Below, piece by piece: positions 61,363-64,000 of a stretch of 64,000 nucleotides of DNA. Where the stretch lies: the NCBI GenBank assembly GCA_963666835.2, contig CAXXGO010000006.1:1664001-1728000 (forward strand), given 5' to 3'. The notes beneath the pieces were generated by a model, which made no database searches, had not been told where the DNA came from, and saw only the letters and a program-made list of their open reading frames with translations. The DNA is from Phycisphaerae bacterium. GTDB taxonomy: Bacteria; Planctomycetota; Phycisphaerae; UBA1845. Within the stretch, counting starts at the first letter, position 1. Each line of letters opens with the position of its first letter. Both the position numbers and the translations under genes were made by a program.

Positions 61363-61965
61363 TCAATCCCACTCCGTTGTTTCCTCCCTGATCTTGCCCC
61401 GAGATAGCCAGATCATCATAAACACTGGAAAGGCCCAGCCCCAGGCAATAGCGAACGCTATTCCCACAGCGACTCCGATCGCAACGGCCCCCGCCGGTAT
61501 GCCTGCCTGAATGGGCATCGTTTGCATCATCTGCTGCTGGATCCGGTAGCCGATCATCGCACTAACCACAACCAACATCATTTTCAGGACCGCCCAGCAC
61601 CATAGGATATTCGACGACCGCCGGCGACGCTTGAGCAACCCGATCCCGCCCACGACGTGGATCAGGGCGACAACCAGAGTGGCGAGCGAACTCATCACCG
61701 TCCACCCGCGGTGCTCTATGGCGATTCTTATGGCCACATCATTTGCCGTCGTCTGGGCGCCCGCAGGAAGTGCGCTCTCAAAGAACCATTCATAGAAGAA
61801 GGGCGAAAGTACCCCCCAACCCCCAGCCAACGCCGCTAATCCTCCGAATACGATGCAGAGTGCGCCCAACACCGTTGGCCACTTCGACGGAACCTCCGGC
61901 GGAGGATTATGCACGGGTTGGGTCGGAGGAAGGTCGGGAATTTGGTTGACATCATTGATCGTCAC
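61363..61965 (-). CDS. Hypothetical 4-TM membrane protein
   Basis: GTG start after AAAGGAGA; SKWPTVLG...WAFPVFMMIWLSRGKIREET. Confidence 0.75.
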   Translation of the reverse strand: MTINDVNQIPDLPPTQPVHNPPPEVPSKWPTVLGALCIVFGGLAALAGGWGVLSPFFYEWFFESALPAGAQTTANDVAIRIAIEHRGWTVMSSLATLVVALIHVVGGIGLLKRRRRSSNILWCWAVLKMMLVVVSAMIGYRIQQQMMQTMPIQAGIPAGAVAIGVAVGIAFAIAWGWAFPVFMMIWLSRGKIREETTEWD

Positions 61966-62074
61966 AAGTCTATCTCCTTTGCTGCGTCTCCGCACAGACT
62001 TCCGGATGTGGCAAGGAACCCCGCCGGTTGCCAGACGAGAGCGTCCGATCGATAGTCGCAAGTGCTGCAGCGCA

Positions 62075-62692
62075 TCAATCCGTCCCCAGAGAGGGTGCCG
62101 GCCGGACATAGCCCCACGCCGCCGTCTCCTCCCTGATCTTACCCCGTGATAGCCAGATCATCATGAACACCGGGAGCGCCCATGCCAACCCAATGAGGAG
62201 CCCGTCCAGCACGATCGAGGCGTTTACATAGATCGTCGTCGGAGTGACGTTTGGAGGGGGCAGCGGCGCAATGTGACTCTCGAGCACGAGGTCACTGATA
62301 AGCAGCAGCACCTTCAGAATCGCCCAGAACCACACGACATTGAACGCCCAGCGGCGCCGCTTGAACAGTCCGCCCCCGGCCACCAGTTGAATCACGGCGA
62401 GGGCGACAGTGGCGAGTGAGCGCACCAGCACCTGACCTTCATGGCCCGCGGCGATCTCACTGACAAAGAACTCCAACGTCCCGCCCGTGATCGGATTCGG
62501 GAAGCTCGTGTAGAACCCATGGAAAAAGAGAGCCGACAGCACGCAGAAACACCCGGCCAGCGCGGCCAACGCCCCGAATACAATGCAGAGCACGCCCAAC
62601 ACCGACGGCCACTTCGAACGGACCTTTGCCGATAGACTGTGTGCCGGCACGGTCGGCGGAATGTGCGGCATACTGTCAACGTGATCGGCCAT
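62075..62692 (-). CDS. Hypothetical 4-TM membrane protein, paralog of 61363-61965
   Basis: SKWPSVLG...WALPVFMMIWLSRGKIREET. Confidence 0.72.
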   Translation of the reverse strand: MADHVDSMPHIPPTVPAHSLSAKVRSKWPSVLGVLCIVFGALAALAGCFCVLSALFFHGFYTSFPNPITGGTLEFFVSEIAAGHEGQVLVRSLATVALAVIQLVAGGGLFKRRRWAFNVVWFWAILKVLLLISDLVLESHIAPLPPPNVTPTTIYVNASIVLDGLLIGLAWALPVFMMIWLSRGKIREETAAWGYVRPAPSLGTD

Positions 62693-62785
62693 TACCGTCT
62701 TGTTCCCATCCGTGCGATCATGGACCGCCGCCGGCGAGGCGCTATCAACTCTCTGATCGATGTGGGCTCCGCCCAAGAGCCCCAA

Positions 62786-63361
62786 TCACCCGTCTTCCGA
62801 CTCCGCCGGCGTGCTCTGCGGTGTCTTCTTCTTCAAAAGGGCTCTGCCGCCAAGGATCAACAGGAAGATCGCCCCCAAGCCGATGGCCGGGAAGTGCTTC
62901 TGCAGGAGTGGTTCCTTGTCCGGGCATCGGACCCCGGGAATCTCCAGTTGCGTGCCGTCGGCGAAACCGACGACCACGGTTCTTTTCGTCTCGTGGATGC
63001 CCGCAGGGGTGAGGGCGATAGCGAACTCGAGAGACTCACCCCTTCTAATGGCGGCCGCCGGGGTCTCAGCCGCCCATTGAATGTGCCCGAGCTTGGCCGC
63101 TTCGTAGCGGACGTTGCCGGTCATCTCCGTTGCTTTCCAGCCGTCCGGGGCCAGCGTATCGTTACTGCCGTAGTGGAGGGCTTTGAACGTCGTGATCGGT
63201 TTCGATCCGTTGTTGGTGACCTTCCACACGAAGCGGCGTACGTTGTTCGCCTCCTTGCCGCCCGTCACCTCGACGTCGGCCGCGGTGGCCGGAGTGCTAA
63301 CCGCGAAGGACCCAAACAGTGTAAGCCCGACGGCAGATGCGAATTGCGGAAATCGTCGCAC
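62786..63361 (-). CDS. Exported protein with C-terminal TM anchor
   Basis: GTG start after GGAGGT; signal peptide ending ATA; C-terminal TM followed by KKK. Confidence 0.65.
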   Translation of the reverse strand: MRRFPQFASAVGLTLFGSFAVSTPATAADVEVTGGKEANNVRRFVWKVTNNGSKPITTFKALHYGSNDTLAPDGWKATEMTGNVRYEAAKLGHIQWAAETPAAAIRRGESLEFAIALTPAGIHETKRTVVVGFADGTQLEIPGVRCPDKEPLLQKHFPAIGLGAIFLLILGGRALLKKKTPQSTPAESEDG

Positions 63362-63660
63362 TGGCAAACCTCCCATAATGGCCCGATGCCTGGTGTTTGT
63401 GACGCGTAGACCTTGTGCCGATCCGGCCCCGCACCGACCGGCGACAGTGTATGCGAACTCGGGTAATCCCGCCAACCGCGGCGGTTTGCCGGCTCGCCGA
63501 CGCGGTTTCCCGGGTCCGGGAACTCTGACCCCGGCCGGGTGCCGGGTGCCATGGCCCACGCTCGCGTGGCCATGAAGGTTGGTAATCGCATGAAAGGCTG
63601 TCTCCCGCCGGACGGTAGGATGTCCGTTCGGCGGTCGGGAGGACCAATAGGGAGACGACC

Positions 63661-64000
63661 ATGAAGAAGGACAGAATGGTAGCGCAGATTGGCTTGGATA
63701 GCCACAGGAAGTTCAGCTCGGTGACGGCACGGGGAGAAGACAACAGGATTGTATGGCGGCAGCGTCTCGAGCACTGGAATCGGGACGAGGTACGAGAACG
63801 CCTGCAGTCTTGGCCGGTTGGGACTCCCGTGATTCTCGAGGGGACGTTCGGGTGGGGCTGGTTGGCGGACGAGTTGACCGCGGCGGGGTTGGATCCGCAC
63901 TTGGCATCGAGTCGGAAAGTGGCTGGCTGGCGGGAGGTTCGGGGAATCGCGAAGTCCAACCGGACGGATGCAGATCTGTTGTCGGAGCTGTGGTCGGAGA
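63661..64000 (+). CDS. IS110-family recombinase/transposase, N-terminal part (runs off window end)
   Basis: Manual translation MKKDRMVAQIGLDSHRK...VILEGTFGWGWL...PHLAS...AKSNRTDADLL (RuvC-like DEDD fold). Confidence 0.85.
   Translation, partial: MKKDRMVAQIGLDSHRKFSSVTARGEDNRIVWRQRLEHWNRDEVRERLQSWPVGTPVILEGTFGWGWLADELTAAGLDPHLASSRKVAGWREVRGIAKSNRTDADLLSELWSE

Overview
GC-rich bacterial chromosome window. It most likely comes from a Planctomycetota/Phycisphaerae organism; this is inferred from the prepilin H-X9-DG protein, the dockerin-like and IPTL-CTERM secreted proteins and the zinc-ribbon membrane proteins. Housekeeping genes (recA partial, thpR, pyrK, uvrC, pfkA, glgP, acetoacetate-CoA ligase, dprA, cysC, apt, tRNA-Leu(CAG), tRNA-Lys(UUU)) are interspersed with many secreted or surface proteins, an RND pump and a DUF3857 transglutaminase pair. 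The most striking non-coding feature is about 30 copies of a GTAG-headed hairpin (REP-like) in eight intergenic clusters. These are often tandemly amplified as 83, 110, 150 or 228 bp modules, some shared between distant loci. One REP-bounded cassette encodes a candidate 10-Cys bacteriocin-like precursor (with a frameshifting C9 tract) and a possible immunity gene. Also seen: a toxin-antitoxin islet between tRNA-Leu and a decayed att copy, a complete IS1182 inserted in a hairpin loop, a partial IS110 with a structured left end (bridge-RNA candidate), an attenuator-like leader on pyrK, and a trypsin-like protease flanked by about 110 bp direct repeats. All calls are by-eye motif recognition; no searches were run.
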